A stretch of DNA of 63,285 bases, the filler included, from Streblomastix strix (lineage: Eukaryota): NCBI GenBank assembly GCA_008636045.1. It is 4 parts of 4 records of this genome, joined end to end, with 100 filler letters (N's around TTAATTAATTAA, not from the genome) between each part and the next. Parts side by side here need not be neighbours in the genome. Positions count along the whole stretch, not along the records: positions 31,698 to 47,442 come from SNRW01000942.1; positions 47,543 to 63,285 come from SNRW01000943.1; 2 more parts are not named here. One strand, 5' to 3'. This document shows positions 45,001 through 59,500 of the stretch, piece after piece. The first letter of the stretch is position 1. Every line of letters starts with the position of its first letter. The notes below the pieces were generated by a model. That model saw nothing but the letters and a program-made list of their open reading frames with translations, did not search any database and had not been told where the DNA came from. A program made the translations under genes and the position numbers.

Positions 45001-47442
45001 TGTCAAGGCTGATAAAAATCTTGTGTCAAGACAGACAAAGGACTTATCGAGAGACAATCACAATAACTCTATTTAAAATTTTTACATTAATATATTTCAT
45101 TAAGAACAATTAGTTTAACATAAATATAAATAAAATAAGCGTTAATTTTGATTAATGACAGTTGATTGATATGAAAAATATAAATTATATTCGTATTTGA
45201 ATTTTATGGTAAATATTTTTTATCTTTTTGAAAATGGTTTATTTCTAATTGTCATATAAATAAATAATATATTTAAAATTATCTATATTTATTATAAATA
45301 TTATTTAAATTAAATCTTTCTACTTGAGTAGTTAACTAAAATTATTTCAAAATGTAAGCCGCTATGGGGAAAATACAAACAGCCGCCGCGTCTCTGCGTT
45401 TCTCGTCTCCCCCTACCAATAGCCAGATTCATGTCCTATTTCAACGTAAACATTGAATAATTCTTAAAAATTTTTTTAAACTAATGATTATTCTTTTATT
45501 TTCTATACAGTAATCAAATTTTGAACGAAATTATTGGCTTTTATGAAGTATTTGAACTCTTCGTTTTATAATTAGCCACTTTCAGCAACAGCAGAGTCAA
45601 AATAGATATATTTTTCATATTGAATCAGTTTATTTTATTTTAATTTATCAAGTATCTATAAAATTTAAAAAAATTTAATTTTCATTTGAGCGAGAAAACT
45701 AGCTAACAATATCGCTCAATCATTTTCCCCATTCTGAGATTAAAATTTTTAAATTTATTCAATTATTAAAATATAAATAACATTAATTCTCAAAATTCAA
45801 CTAATCATAAATTACATTCTTAACACATAATATATAAATTTAGAATAAATTTTTTTTACAAAAAAATCGAATTTTGAGCAGAATTAAATAATTTTCTATT
45901 GCATTTTATATTGAATAATTAATTTTTTATCTTTATTTGTATTTATGAGCTATTTAGTATTTTTAGGATTTGAAGTGGTCTCAAGTTGGAGAAATTGGAG
46001 AGATTCGGTGATCAGACTACTTGAGCCCGAGTTTTGGAGACTATTGTATGCTATTGGTGATGCAAACAAGAAAATATCATGCATCAAAATATTTTACAAT
46101 TAACCAACAGTCATTAAGTGGAGGATCATAAGGTCTAGTACCATTTAAGTGTTTAGTCGTCATATTAAGTAGCATGAATCAACAGTATATATGCATAGAA
46201 ATGCTGTGATTTAGATTTTAATTTACATTTAAATTGCTATAACGAATTTATTTTAGAAATTTATGTTTTCATTTTTCAATTGGGAAAAAAAAGTCGCCTT
46301 TTCATGTCAATTTTGACACGCCTATTATTTATTATAAATTATTGAATATTACTAAAACAATTTGAAGATTTTAAATGAGTCTTCGGTAGAAAATTTGATA
46401 TGGATTTTTTGAAACTGCCCGATAAGAAACAGCACTTAAACAAGGTAGTTGCTCATTAAAATTCTTTAAAATGATTGCATTCCCTAAGTTGTATGTATAA
46501 TATTATTTATAATTATTCACAATATGAAATTTCTCATTATTGACAGTAAATTAATTCTACAAACAGACCTATAAATAAGTTTTATATCAAAATTTTAAAT
46601 TCCTACGTATTACTTAATTATATATTCATTTACTTTATTTCAAAATAAATTTTTTAGAATGGAACATCAAAATAGATATATTTTTCAAATTTTCACATTT
46701 TTTTTTATTTTTATTAATATTCTAAATATATGTTTTGTTCAATTAATTGTTTTCCTACATTTTAATAATAATTTTATAATTTCTAATTAAAATTTTAACA
46801 AATTATACTTTACTTGATAATTAATTCTATTAATATTTTTTTTTCTCTCCAACAGATGATTCTTACCATCCTGTTAGTAATAATAACATTTATATTTGTT
46901 GAAGGCCATTCATCTGTGAATTAAATTTCTCTTGAATCTTCTCTTCAAAATAAACAAAAAGAAGAAATCTAACATACCAAAATATCTAATAAATTCTAAT
47001 CAAATCAGAATTTTTCTTTTTATATATCTTCCAATGATGTTTGTAAATCTACAATAAGTTAATTTGATTCTGGAGATTATAAATCCATTAAAGATGCACT
47101 TAATCAAACATGCTCGGAAATATAAGGCTATTAAATTATTCTACTTGATTCTATTCACTCCGAGTTCTTATTAATAAATCATAATTCATCCATTTAAATT
47201 TCAGTATGAATTTACTTTTAATAATTAAAATTTTCTATTATATTATTATTATTGAAATACAGGGGAATAATGCAATCCAAACAATTTGGAATGTTAATTA
47301 AATTTGTAGTATGACTTTAAACATACAATAAGGAAACATTACTTTAAACAACATTAAATTCCAATTTACTAATATAGGTGGACCAGATCAAATTATTACT
47401 ACTCAATCAGTCTTAGTTTAATGTGCAAGCCAAACTCTTTAC
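39803..47442. repeat. Right arm (7,640 bp) of the contig-wide inverted repeat
   Basis: Reverse complement of 31698-39337 everywhere it was compared. Confidence 0.97.
46856..47442 (+). CDS. 5' end of a secreted/surface protein, possibly pectin-lyase-like beta-helix
   Basis: Signal-peptide-like MILTILLVIITFIFVEG; DYKSIKDALNQTC..YQIILLDSIHSE; intron from 47204; GNITLNNIKFQF; runs off the contig. Confidence 0.6.
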
Positions 47443-47542
47443 NNNNNNNNNNNNNNNNNNNNNNNNNNNNNNNNNNNNNNNNNNNNTTAATTAATTAANN
47501 NNNNNNNNNNNNNNNNNNNNNNNNNNNNNNNNNNNNNNNNNN
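47443..47542. other. Artificial contig-joining linker
   Basis: 44 N + TTAATTAATTAA + 44 N. Confidence 0.97.
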
Positions 47543-47543
47543 T

Positions 47544-50500
47544 TTCATCTCCATCTTGAATCAATGCAACAGATCCAATCATAGATGCAATGGTATAGAT
47601 AGCATGTTGGATATTTAATGGAGAGAAAATCCTATTTGTGCAATCAATAACAAAAGAAATAGAATAAGCTTTTTGATTCTTTGGGCTCTTCTTCAGAAAT
47701 AGATTTAAGTATGTAAATCCAGAAGAAATGAATCTTCGAAGACCTGGTATCCATAATTATCCAGAAGATGGAGATGGTTCCTTTCCTGCTGCTCGATTAG
47801 GGATAAGTGAGTGTGTAAGTGCCAAATCAGCTATATTATGTGCTAATCCACTAAATGGAGTTTATGCTGTAGACACACGTTATCTTTCTAACCACATTCT
47901 GTTAGTTTAAATATTCTCTGGTACAAACACTAACCGTTAAGTGGTTGCATTTATAGACATCAAGGCAAAATTCTGTACAAGTTTAAGTTGAATAAAGAAA
48001 TCATTCTAAGAAGCATTTTCATTGTTTTCCAATTTTGGAATATTAGACCAGTATATCTTTGAATCTTGTTCTGGCGCACAAACTGTAAGTGTTGATAGTT
48101 ATTATTTTATTAATGGCTTTTATTTTGATTTTTAAACAAGCATTCGTGTAATATCTTATAAAAATCCATTAAACTGGTTTGTATTTGTAGTTATAGCACC
48201 AGTGCAAAGCTCTTTAGGATTAATGCGAAATGCAATAATATTACGATCAGGAATGAATTTTGGCAAAAGTCCCATTTCGTATATTTCTTTTGGAAAATGT
48301 TTTTCTTCAAGTTTAGCTTTGGTAAATTCTGTATCCAGTGATATGAGAATGCACTGTCCAAGATTTTCAGAAGACCAATCTCTTTCTTTGTCCAAAGCTT
48401 ACACACTGATAAAATCTGAAATTATTATTGTGACGTGATTTGATTCTCTTTATTCAGTTCCATCTTCTCTCTTCCGTTGTTTATTCCATTCATTATGTGC
48501 TGTTAATGCAGCATCAAGTGGATATGAACCTGGTCTATTGCCTGTTCGAAGAGCATCAATAAGTCTCATTAATTCTTCAAGTGGGTTTGATTATTTTGGA
48601 TCAGAAAGTTCCCATATTGCTTCTCGATCAGCAAATGCATATAATTTCAGTTTCACTCCAAAACTTGTGCAAATGGCTGAAATTCCAGATGAAAATACCA
48701 TTGCTCCCATTTGTTTTGCTTTGGCTAGTTTAGTCATTGATGCACTTATATCCACCATCAGAGAAACTTATGTATTCATCAAAGTGAGAGGTGCAGCTTT
48801 ATTCTGTTCATATGGGACAATCATTTTTGATATTTCTGTATACAATAAAGATTGAATTTGGAGTGAAAGCGAATACAATTCAACAAATTCAGGTCGATTT
48901 TCAATACTATTTGCTTCAAGTCGATCTAAAGTACCATCGATAGGTTAAACATCTCTTCCTTCTGAAAGTTTCTTTTTACCATCTTATCCTAAGATTTGTG
49001 AACGTGAAATGCTTTAATATTCCATCAATAAAAGATCATCAACACTTTATCCTTATAACAGTTCATTAATGTTTGCTGATACAAGTTGAGATTGAATCTC
49101 ATTAGGGTTAGAATAAACACTAATATATCGTTCATCTTCTTTAAGTTCTTCTATTGGAGGTTTTTCAGTCACTACATCATCAATTGCAGCTTTGATTCGC
49201 TAATCTGATTGTTATTTTATTTAGTTGTGTTTTATAGGTTCATTATTTTTATTAATAGATTGTTTTCCTTACGATGAAGGAGGTGAATCTTTTCTTTATT
49301 CATCATTTTTTCTTTAATTATTTTAGTTTTTATTATTATTTCCAGAATATTCATTGGTGGTCCAATGAGTTCTCATATCTCCAGATATAGAAGTTTTTCT
49401 AGGATCTATTGCTCTAGATGCATTTTCTATTTGAGTTGTCCATACACCTTGTTGTATTTAACATTCTGGAATTTTTTCAATTTAAACATTTTAAGTGTGG
49501 AGATTAGAAAATGAATTTAAATTTTATAAAATCTTTGATTTCTTTAGTGTTCCTGGAAGTTAGAAACCAAATTTTATAATATTTGCCCAGACATGAGAGC
49601 ATCCTTCAGCTGCTTTTATTATTTTATCTTCAAATAATTATTTGTTCACTTTACTTTCTAAAAGATCTTAAACAATTATGGTTAATACACAAAGACTTTA
49701 AAAAAGTTTAGAGATATCCTAATTAGATGAATATTATATAGCAATTATTACTTGACTAGTAAGTGCAGGTATTAGAACCAAAGCATCATTAAGTTCAGAT
49801 GGATTCTTAGCTATTTTAAATTTATTAAGAACTTCTTTTTCAATGTTTTATTCAATAACTTTCAATAAATTTGTTAATGAAATTGATTTCTATTGTCCAG
49901 CTTCTTATCGAAAAGAGGGAAATTTCGGTTCTTCCAATTCATTTAACTATTTGAAAAGATTTTCTACATTCTTTGAATCTGTAAATTATCCCATTATTAC
50001 ACCTATTCTTTGAACGACATTTTCTTTTTCGTTTTGATTATGAAAATTACTTTCAATCTCATTTTATTTATGGATTAATTATGGAAAAGATGGATTTTTC
50101 TCAATTTATTACCTATAAAATATTATTTCTCTGGCTGTGAGTACTTTAGGATTACAAAGAGTACTAAGTAATATAATAGAACCATAAATGAGTTACATTC
50201 CGATTTCCTTACTTTATCTTTCTTTTCCATTCCAATATGATGGAGTTTGAATTATGGGGATTGTCCATTCTTTTCTCTTTGTTATTTTCTTTGCAATTTC
50301 TGTAATTATATCAAGAATACTTTAACTTTGTGTTCTCTTTTATTCTAAATTCAATGCAAGAATAATTTTACTGAATAATGAATTTGGATTATTTTGTTTT
50401 TCTCCATTTTATGCTATTTTGATTACTTATTCTTAATCTAATTGTGCCAATTCATTATCCTTTTAAAAGAATATATTAGATGCATCAAGAATTAATTTTG

Positions 50501-53500
50501 GTATTAAATTTGTACATCCTTCTGGTTTGTTTGATGCATCAATAACCATTTTTAATGCATCATTCACTTTATTATCCAATTATTCAACAGTTCGAATATA
50601 TTCATGTGTATCTTCATTTTCTGCCCATAGAATAAGTTAATTATTTGGAGGTGGAATTTTAGATTCAATATTTGATAAACCAGTTTTAGGATGTAAATAC
50701 CATCGTTTATAATTTGTTGGGTTCAATGTAGTTTTGAATTATTAATCAACTTACAAACATTCATTTTCTGTAACAAAAGTTGGGCAATTTTCTTTTTAAT
50801 AAAGTGTTCTCTTCATGAATTCTAAACTTGATGATCCATCAATATTTATTTTCCAACATTGCAAATAATAATCTTCTGATACATCAAGATTAGCATTTCC
50901 TCTATAATCTGTTAAATATGGCTTTGATTTAATTAAATTTATATATAATTTTAGATTTCTGACAGTTATTTTTCGAAAACTTGAATATCCAAATGTAATT
51001 TTCACAATTACTTATGAATTTGGCTAAATATCAAAAGATGAAGGTTCAAATCGATCACCATAATATGAAGACTGTGGAGTGATATTTTCAGTTTCATCTC
51101 CATTGTTGAATATAACTATAAAAGTACTCTTACATTATATCAATTCAATTTCAGAACTTTTCGGATTTGCTGGATGATAAATTCCAATTGTTGGTTCTTT
51201 GGATACAGGTACATTCAATTGAAGTTTATAAAACTCTGCAATACCAAGACCTAATGTCAATTATCCTAAACATAAACCTGTTTTACTTGTTTAAAATTTA
51301 ACCTTCATTTCCAATTTTTCATGTTTCATTTCTATAATAGGTGCATCAGAAACATTTGCTTGATCAGAAGTAAGTGACCATCCAATAGATTTAGAAGATA
51401 AGGCAATATAAGGAATATGATGTTTGAGATAAACAGATCTTTTTATTTATTTAGGAGCTATTATGCATTGTGTTGAACTCCTAAATATCAAAGGAGATGA
51501 TGATTCAATAATTGCACAACGTGGAATTCTACGAACCCAAGCACGAATATAACATATTGATACATTCGACTCTTATTTAGCGTTTTTTACAACTAATTCA
51601 AATGATGTCCAAGCTAAAGATGGTTCTTTTGATGAATTTTCTGAAATATGGAATGCAATCTCGAGTCTTTCTCCCATTTTCACTTATTATGATTTAATAT
51701 TCTGTTTTAAGTTGTGATTTTATTCATTTTTGATCTCAATAATAACATCTTTGCTTGATAAGTTGTCAAACATAACAACACCACATTTTTAAGAAGTTCC
51801 ATCAAAACAAATGCCAAAATCTGCTGTAATTGATGAAGATATGAATTGAATCGTATTATTTTGTCCTTCAATTAAGGCATTAAATTCCTTTCCTATTTCT
51901 ATTTAACCTTCATTCTTATTAATACGTATAGGAGCATTTGTTTAATTTGGCGCAAAATCAACATTAATAGGTTCAAAAAGTGGAACGAATTATGTAATTG
52001 CTTTAATTAGATCACCAACTTTTAATGGTTAGATCTTAATTCCATCAAGTATTTCATCAGAAAATAAAGATTCTTTATCTCCTTATTTTGATAATGTTTC
52101 TATGTTTGGAAATGATTATTAAAGTTCTTTAAGCGCTTTTGAATAATCTCCTTCAGAAATAAGCTTACAAAAATATTTAACATTTTCAGCCTTTCTTTGT
52201 AATTTTCTCCATGCTGGACGAAAGTAATAAAAGTAATTATCAAGTCTTTCATCTTTACATAAACATAGTAAGCGATAATGATAATAATTTCCATCTTTCA
52301 CAAATTCTAACTTTATCATCTTTGCCACTTCGATCGCATCATGAAAACTTTTTTATGTATTAGAAATAAGCTTTTATCCAGATATTCTAATCCATTATGA
52401 TGGATCTTCTTATATATTTTCTTTCTCTTTATCAAGTTAATCATCATCTTTATCCAACTCATTATTCTTCTTTTTATGAAACAAATCTTTAAATGTATTA
52501 ATATTTTTTTATATGGTTTTTTGAATGCTTTTTTGTTCAGTATGTTTTTAATTGATCTCAGGATGTTGTTGCAGCCAGATTGCAATATCATTTATAGTCT
52601 CTTGTAAGGAATCGACAAATTAATTACAATAATCAATATTTTTATTCATTTATTGGGTTTGTTCATTATTCATGCCATTTTCTAATATTTTAAATAATGA
52701 AATTGCTAATGTTGAACGAAGATCAATTAAAGGCGTTTTTTCAAGAGGAACTCTTTTTTATTTAAGTAATTTTTCTACATATTCTTTGAGTGTATTTAGA
52801 ATAACATCATCAAATCCACATTCATTAAGAGTATTTCGTTATTAATTGCAAATGTGCAAAATATTACTGATAATTTATCGTGTAATTAGTATTTCTTCAT
52901 CTTCAATCAGATTACATCCAAGCAAACTAGAAATCCTGTATCCAAAAGGTTTATCTCGTCTATCAATTTGAAGCATTATCGAAAGAAATTTACCTTCAAA
53001 TGATTGGTGAAATCCTTCCACAGGTTTTGAAGTTTGCAATTAATTTGAAAGTGTTCGTAAAAGAATAAAAAGAATTGATAAACGTTTATTTCTTTACCAT
53101 TCATTTTGTGATTAAGAAGCAATTTTATATTCAACAGGATATCTTTCTTAAACAATTCCTTCTCCAGGATTATTAGAAAGTGCTTTAATCAAAGTATTTT
53201 GATCTGAATCTAGGTTGTGAAGCCATTAAATTTCAGATAATTGATAATCAATTTAATCAGACATATTTAATATTTAACGAAGTATTTATCCTTTCTAATC
53301 AAAAGGAATATTTTTCAAATCCTTACAATTAAGTAGTTCTGCACATTTCAAAAGAGCTTCTTTCTTATTTTTTGGTTAATAAATTCCAATGTTTTTTGGA
53401 TTATATTTTGTAGATTAAATCAATGGACCAGAGAATATTCCTGATGCAGTTGTGAATTAAATGCAAGAAATTAAATCTGATGGATTAAATTAAGGAAATT

Positions 53501-56500
53501 GAATAAATTTTAGGTTGTAAAGTGAGTTTTAGAGTATATTAATTATAAATTCGTTACCTTAAGCAAGAAATTGGAGGACTTATTAAAGTTTAATTGAGTG
53601 AAATTTGTCAATAAATACATCAGTACTAAGAAGATGAATTCTGCTTAATGATTATAATAATTGCACATCTTCAATTTTTAATTTTTACTTTTCTTTTGCA
53701 GATTCAAGAAGGTAAATAAAAGGATTAACAGTATTATCTATTTAATGGTCTTTCACCAATAATGCAAGAACTGATACAATATTTTCAAACGATGCATTTT
53801 CCGCTGTTTAAGATATTGCTTCCTCTCTTTATGTGAAGTTAATAAGTGCAACAATTGCATTATCACAAATATAATCGTGTTTATATGTTTATAAAATCTA
53901 CGGTATTTAGTCGGATTATTATTTAATATCTTTTCTTCGTTCAATAGACTTACTGAAAACTAAAATGTCCTTTGTCAAAATTTGAGACTTTGCAGCATTC
54001 GTATCCTTTATTATTAATTCAATTTGTTTCTTAAAATAATACTTTGCAACATTTACATCTCTTTCAAATTATGTTCCTTGACTTACTTTTTCCAGATTTT
54101 ATATTTATTCATTAAAATCTAATAATAATTTCCTTTATTATTCTTTCATTCGGCTCATTTCATCTTGTTCAATCACTTCCTTATAAATATTATTAAGAAA
54201 TTATATGCTTTCCTGCCATATATTAATTCCAACTTATAAGAAAATATCAGATATTTTAGTAGTGGTATCTTTATATGTAGTAAGTAAATTTAATATATTT
54301 TATGCAGTTTAAAAATCTTTAAGGAAGTGTGAAGCTAAGTCTTTAATGTTTTTCTGTATATTTTCATTCACAAATTCTGCAACTTAAAAAGCTTTTTCGG
54401 ACAAATCCTTGTCAAGTGGGATAAGTAAAGATCCAAAAGGTGAAACATCCGCTCGAAGTGCTTCCAATCTGTATTAACGAATGGCAATAATAAGATCAGA
54501 GAGTATTTTATTATCAGTTAAAAAATATCCTGGAATTTCTGTAAATATTTCTGAAAGAATCCAAAGAATTTGATTTGCAGTTAATTTATCGGCAGTTTCT
54601 TTTAAAACTCCAGATAACCCAACATGTAATACTTAATTTAATTAAGAAGAGATGTTAATATTAAGAAGTGGAGTGATATTATTAAATGTTTATGGAATTG
54701 TTTTAATAATTTTATCTTCTTGTATTGGAATTTCGTTTTTGTTGAATCGAATAATTGGACTATATTTTCTAAGAATAATTTAAATTATATTATTATCTTC
54801 GTTATCCTCCAATAAAGAATGTCTGCCTTAAGAAATTATAATCGGAAAATTAGATCTAGCAAGAATACCAACCGCAGATGCAGAAGTATCCAATTTATCA
54901 ATTAAATTTATATATTAAATAATTTATCGGAGTTATTATTGTTCAAGAAGGATCAAAGCTGTTCGTTTAATGTTTAATGCCTTTATTTCATCTTACTTAT
55001 AGAAACATTGCAAATATGTTGATATAATATAAGAGTATATTGGAATTGTGGGAAATATCATTGGAAATTGGGAGAAGTTTTTAATTGTGTGTTAAATGCG
55101 TGATATGATTAATGCCCAATCCTCTGGTGTTTTCCCATCCAGATTAAAACCAGAAAAACTTCCTTTATTAATTCTTTTTTATATCAGCTTTTCCCCTTAG
55201 CTTATATTCAATTTGGATAAATGACTTGCTGGGTGAAGAATTTATAGAAGATAATGCAATCTGAAGTATCTTGAAGCAAGTGGCGTAGAAATTCCATGAA
55301 AATACAAAATGAAAAAATCAACTTCTTTTAGAATTGATATTATTTTTCTTATGTCGCTCAACATTATATCTTAAAGCCATTCAATAAATACATTTTCTAA
55401 ATTATTTATCATTTTATCTGCTTTTGGAATTTTATTCTTTTCAATGTCAGCAAGGGATTTCAATCTATCGCATCCAGGATATAAAACTGGAAACAGTTCT
55501 GTTAATATTCCATCAGCTTCTTCAGGCCATTTCATTTTATTATCTCGAATATAATTATAAATTATGGAATATTAAAATTAACCCGCTTATTTAATAATCT
55601 CTTCCCACCTATTCGAATTGGTTAATTTATTTTATTATGCTGATTTTTTGATTGTATTAACTATGGATGCATAAATATCTTGCAGATCATCATCCTACCT
55701 AAAGCAGCGCACAAACGACATTATAATACTTGATGCTAAATTTTATGCAGTGATTTGTTCTGATCCAATTCCAAAGGCTGAATTTACAATTCTATGTGGT
55801 GAAAAAGTATCTTTGCTGAAAAGAAGCTTTCGAGTCTCAATTTTTGTTCTAATATCAAAGAATATATCAGCAAGAATATGAGAAAAAGGATTACTATAGT
55901 ATTGAGCAGTTTCTGATTAATCAAATACACATGATGTTAATTCCTTCAATTAATCTGCTTTTTTAGCAGATTCTAACTGTAAACAAAAACATCTTGAACG
56001 AAGAGCTGGTGAGAGTTTCGTTAAATCACTGCAAGTAATGAAGATTTGAAATCCTTCTGCAATTTCTATGTTTTCTTTTTCTGCAGTTTTGCTTTCTTCT
56101 TTTTCATCCAACTATATTTATGCACTAAATGTTCCATCGCGTGTAACTCCTGGAGCATGAAAGATAAGAGGTTTTACTCCTTCATAGATGGCAAGTGTTG
56201 GTTGTTCTTCCAACAGAGACATCAGCCTTTCAACTTCATGTGGAGCAGATTCAACACCATCCAACAAGATCCATCCTCCTGATCTCATCATTCTCAACAG
56301 AATTCCTTCTTTGAAAACAAAATTACGAGCTGATTATTTTTAGAAATTAATAATTTTCTCTATTAATTACTTTATATCTGATTCAAGTTTTTCAATACCA
56401 ATAAGATTTTAATGATGATTCGTTGTAATGTTTTTAAGAGATTATAAAATATCATCAATATCTGGTTATTCAACTAGAGCTGTTGAAGCAAGTTAAATTG

Positions 56501-59500
56501 AACCAATATAACCAAGATCAATTGCATTATTTGTAATATCTTTCGCAGTCTTATATATAAATTGTTCCTAATTTGAATCCCCCAAAAGCTCAAGAGCACC
56601 AATTATTGCAGAACTATCTGTTTCAGTGTTGAATTACACAATTCCTAATTATTTGCCCAATGTTTTAGCTAGCGTTCTTATAATGTGTGTTTTTCCAGCA
56701 CCACTCTCTCCAAATAAAGCAACAGGTCTTTGAGCCATCACTCCAACAGCAATAAGTGATGCTACTCTTCTCTATTCAGCTGTGAATGGTATATTCAAAG
56801 GTCCATCAGAAATTATATTTGGAAGAGGTAAATATACTTAATTATTGAATTTAAGATTTCCGTTTTCTGCGAGTGGAATAATATCCCCTTTTGTTTATTC
56901 AACACCAACTTATTTTAGAAGTTATTCAGCTTTTTAAAGGTTAAATTGTGTTGCATAAACAATTTCAATAAGTTGATCTGTGCTGAGTTTGGGACATTTT
57001 TAGTGGAACAACTACAATCGAAGCAATTCTCGAAGTGTTATTGAATCACGCTCTGAAGCAATTCCGGTTTCACGTTGAAGAAGTTCAGCAGCATAATGAT
57101 GAGCTTTTATAATCTTTTTCTATATTCCTATGTCATCATTTTACTCAAAATCTATAAGAAATTCTTTAGCAAGAGCTGATAATTCAATTTAACTTAATTA
57201 TGGAAGTTGAAAGAAATGGGAAGCTCCTTATAATTTAGGACTTAATTATGATCTTGATTTTGAAAGAGCGGCACTGTTTAATGTCGCTATAATTATAATT
57301 GGCATATGATTAACTTCTTTTCCATTTGGTAAAAAGAATCGATCTTCTTTTCCCATTTCAAGCATAAATGTTTCTAATGCTTCAAGCAAGTGAGGAGGAG
57401 CTAAATTTATCTCATCTATTAGAATAGCTTATGTTGGCAATCCCAGATCAGGATTATCCAATTAGCTCAGTCGCATAGCAGCTGTAAGTGGGCCATCAAC
57501 AAATTATGTAACGAATCCACCTTCAGAAGAAGCTTAAGGCATGTCCCTGCCAAATAAATCTTCAATTGTTGCAGTTGGAGAGAGGTTTATACGAGTGCAT
57601 CGAAGACCTAATGCTTCGAGAATTGTCTTTGAAATTGCTGTTTTTCCCCTTCCAGGTTGACCTTCAAAGATTGTTATTGCTTGAGCTGCTATAGATGTAA
57701 GTATTGCATCTGCCATATCAACAGCACTTCGTGTCCAAATTAGTGAATTGAGAATTTCAATTTATGCATTATGATGAACAGGAATTGATATTCCACTCAT
57801 TGTGCTAATCATCAGTTTCTCATTATTATTTGATTGTCCTTCAACTAATTCAAGTGGACATTCTTAAACAGGCTAATCTTTAGTATCAGTCATTACTATA
57901 TAACTGAGTTTATCTGGTATATATCGTTACAAAACTTCTTTTGTTATCCTTCGTCGATCATTATCAGGAAGTGAATCAAGTATTGTTCGAAGTGCAGCAA
58001 TTCCAGCGGCTTTATCTGGTTTGAATAATTAATTTTTGCATAAATGAGTTGCTGTACGACACCAACGTATGTATTCTATAATATTTATTTTCTTTTGCGC
58101 TCCAATCATGCAAATGTGAATGTCTTTGATTATTTATATTAATTCTTCATTATTCTTTGTAATCTTTTTAGCAATCATAATTAAATCATTTTCTTATTAA
58201 TCCAATTAATTTTCATTCTATTTATCCAATAATAAATGATTGTATGCTATTTCCACATTATATGGGTTTGCATATATGCATGTAAATCTCGCGAGAAGTG
58301 GTTTTGACATGCTCATCTTCCCAATTTCACTTGCTGTAGCGCATAAACAAAACCCATTGCTAATTGGAGCTGAATGAGATTCGGATTTATTCACTTATGA
58401 TAAAATATTTTCATTGTTGAATACTTATTATGTATCTTCTGAAAATACCAATGAGCGAGGATCTTCTAAAAGTGAGTTCAATCGCTCTAATACAGAAGCT
58501 GGTGGAAGATGAATAGACTTAAGAATAAGCGGAATTCCTAAGATAGCAGAAAGTGTTATAATACTGGGTATAAATGACATTGAAATATGAAATTCTGCAG
58601 AATTTGAAATGGTCTCAGTGGAATTTGATGTTTATGATGTGAAAGAAGAAGATTAATATGTTGAAGAAGAAGATAATTAAGAAGTTGAAGATGAAGATTA
58701 AGATGAAGAAATTTATTATATATTTTCTGTTTTCAGTTATTTACGCATTTCGTTCAAGCATAACTGTAAGAACAATGCTCCATGTAATACATTACATTCA
58801 AAATATTTATTTTGACTTTCATTTTAATCTTACTATTATTAAATCTAAATTAATAAAGCTTCAGTAATATCTTTAACCAATTAATCTTCATCTCCTTATC
58901 GACTTTAGAATCCAATGCGACTAAGAGCATCAATAATAGAAGTATTGATTATCTGAATGCTGTCATCAAAGCGAGAAGGAGTACTGAGTATTGTGGATCC
59001 AATTAACTCACTTACTTATGTTTCGCGTGTCATGTTATAAACATTTCTATTTAATGGGAGGAGAAATTCCAAAGCAGTTGCTTTATAACATGTTGGACCA
59101 ACAAGAAGCACACTTTCACAAGGAATTTGATTATCAGGAGTCCCAGTCCAGCGTAACCAGAAAAGTATGTCTTTTAAAGGTTGTGCGAAATTAGCTTCTT
59201 TATCAATTTTCATTGCAATATGCCCTCTCACTAAATAATACCCTTGATTTGTCTCCTTATAAATAGTCCTTGATTTTGCAAAGTACAAAGCTTCTTCATG
59301 CGATTCTCCAAATAAATCAGCTGTTTTTTCTATCATCTATTAAAGACTATTTTCATCCAACAAATGTTGACTCAAAATGAATGATAATGCAACATCTGTT
59401 ACTGAAATGACTTTTATTTCTTCCTGTAATTATGAGTCATCTATTTATTTTCCAACAAAATCATTTACTCGTCTTAAAAATCTTCGAACATCTCTCAAAG

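Noticed and set aside
44080..46150. Short exon-like, less AT-rich patches in the palindrome arm
   Set aside because: Could not be assembled into a consistent gene model by eye.
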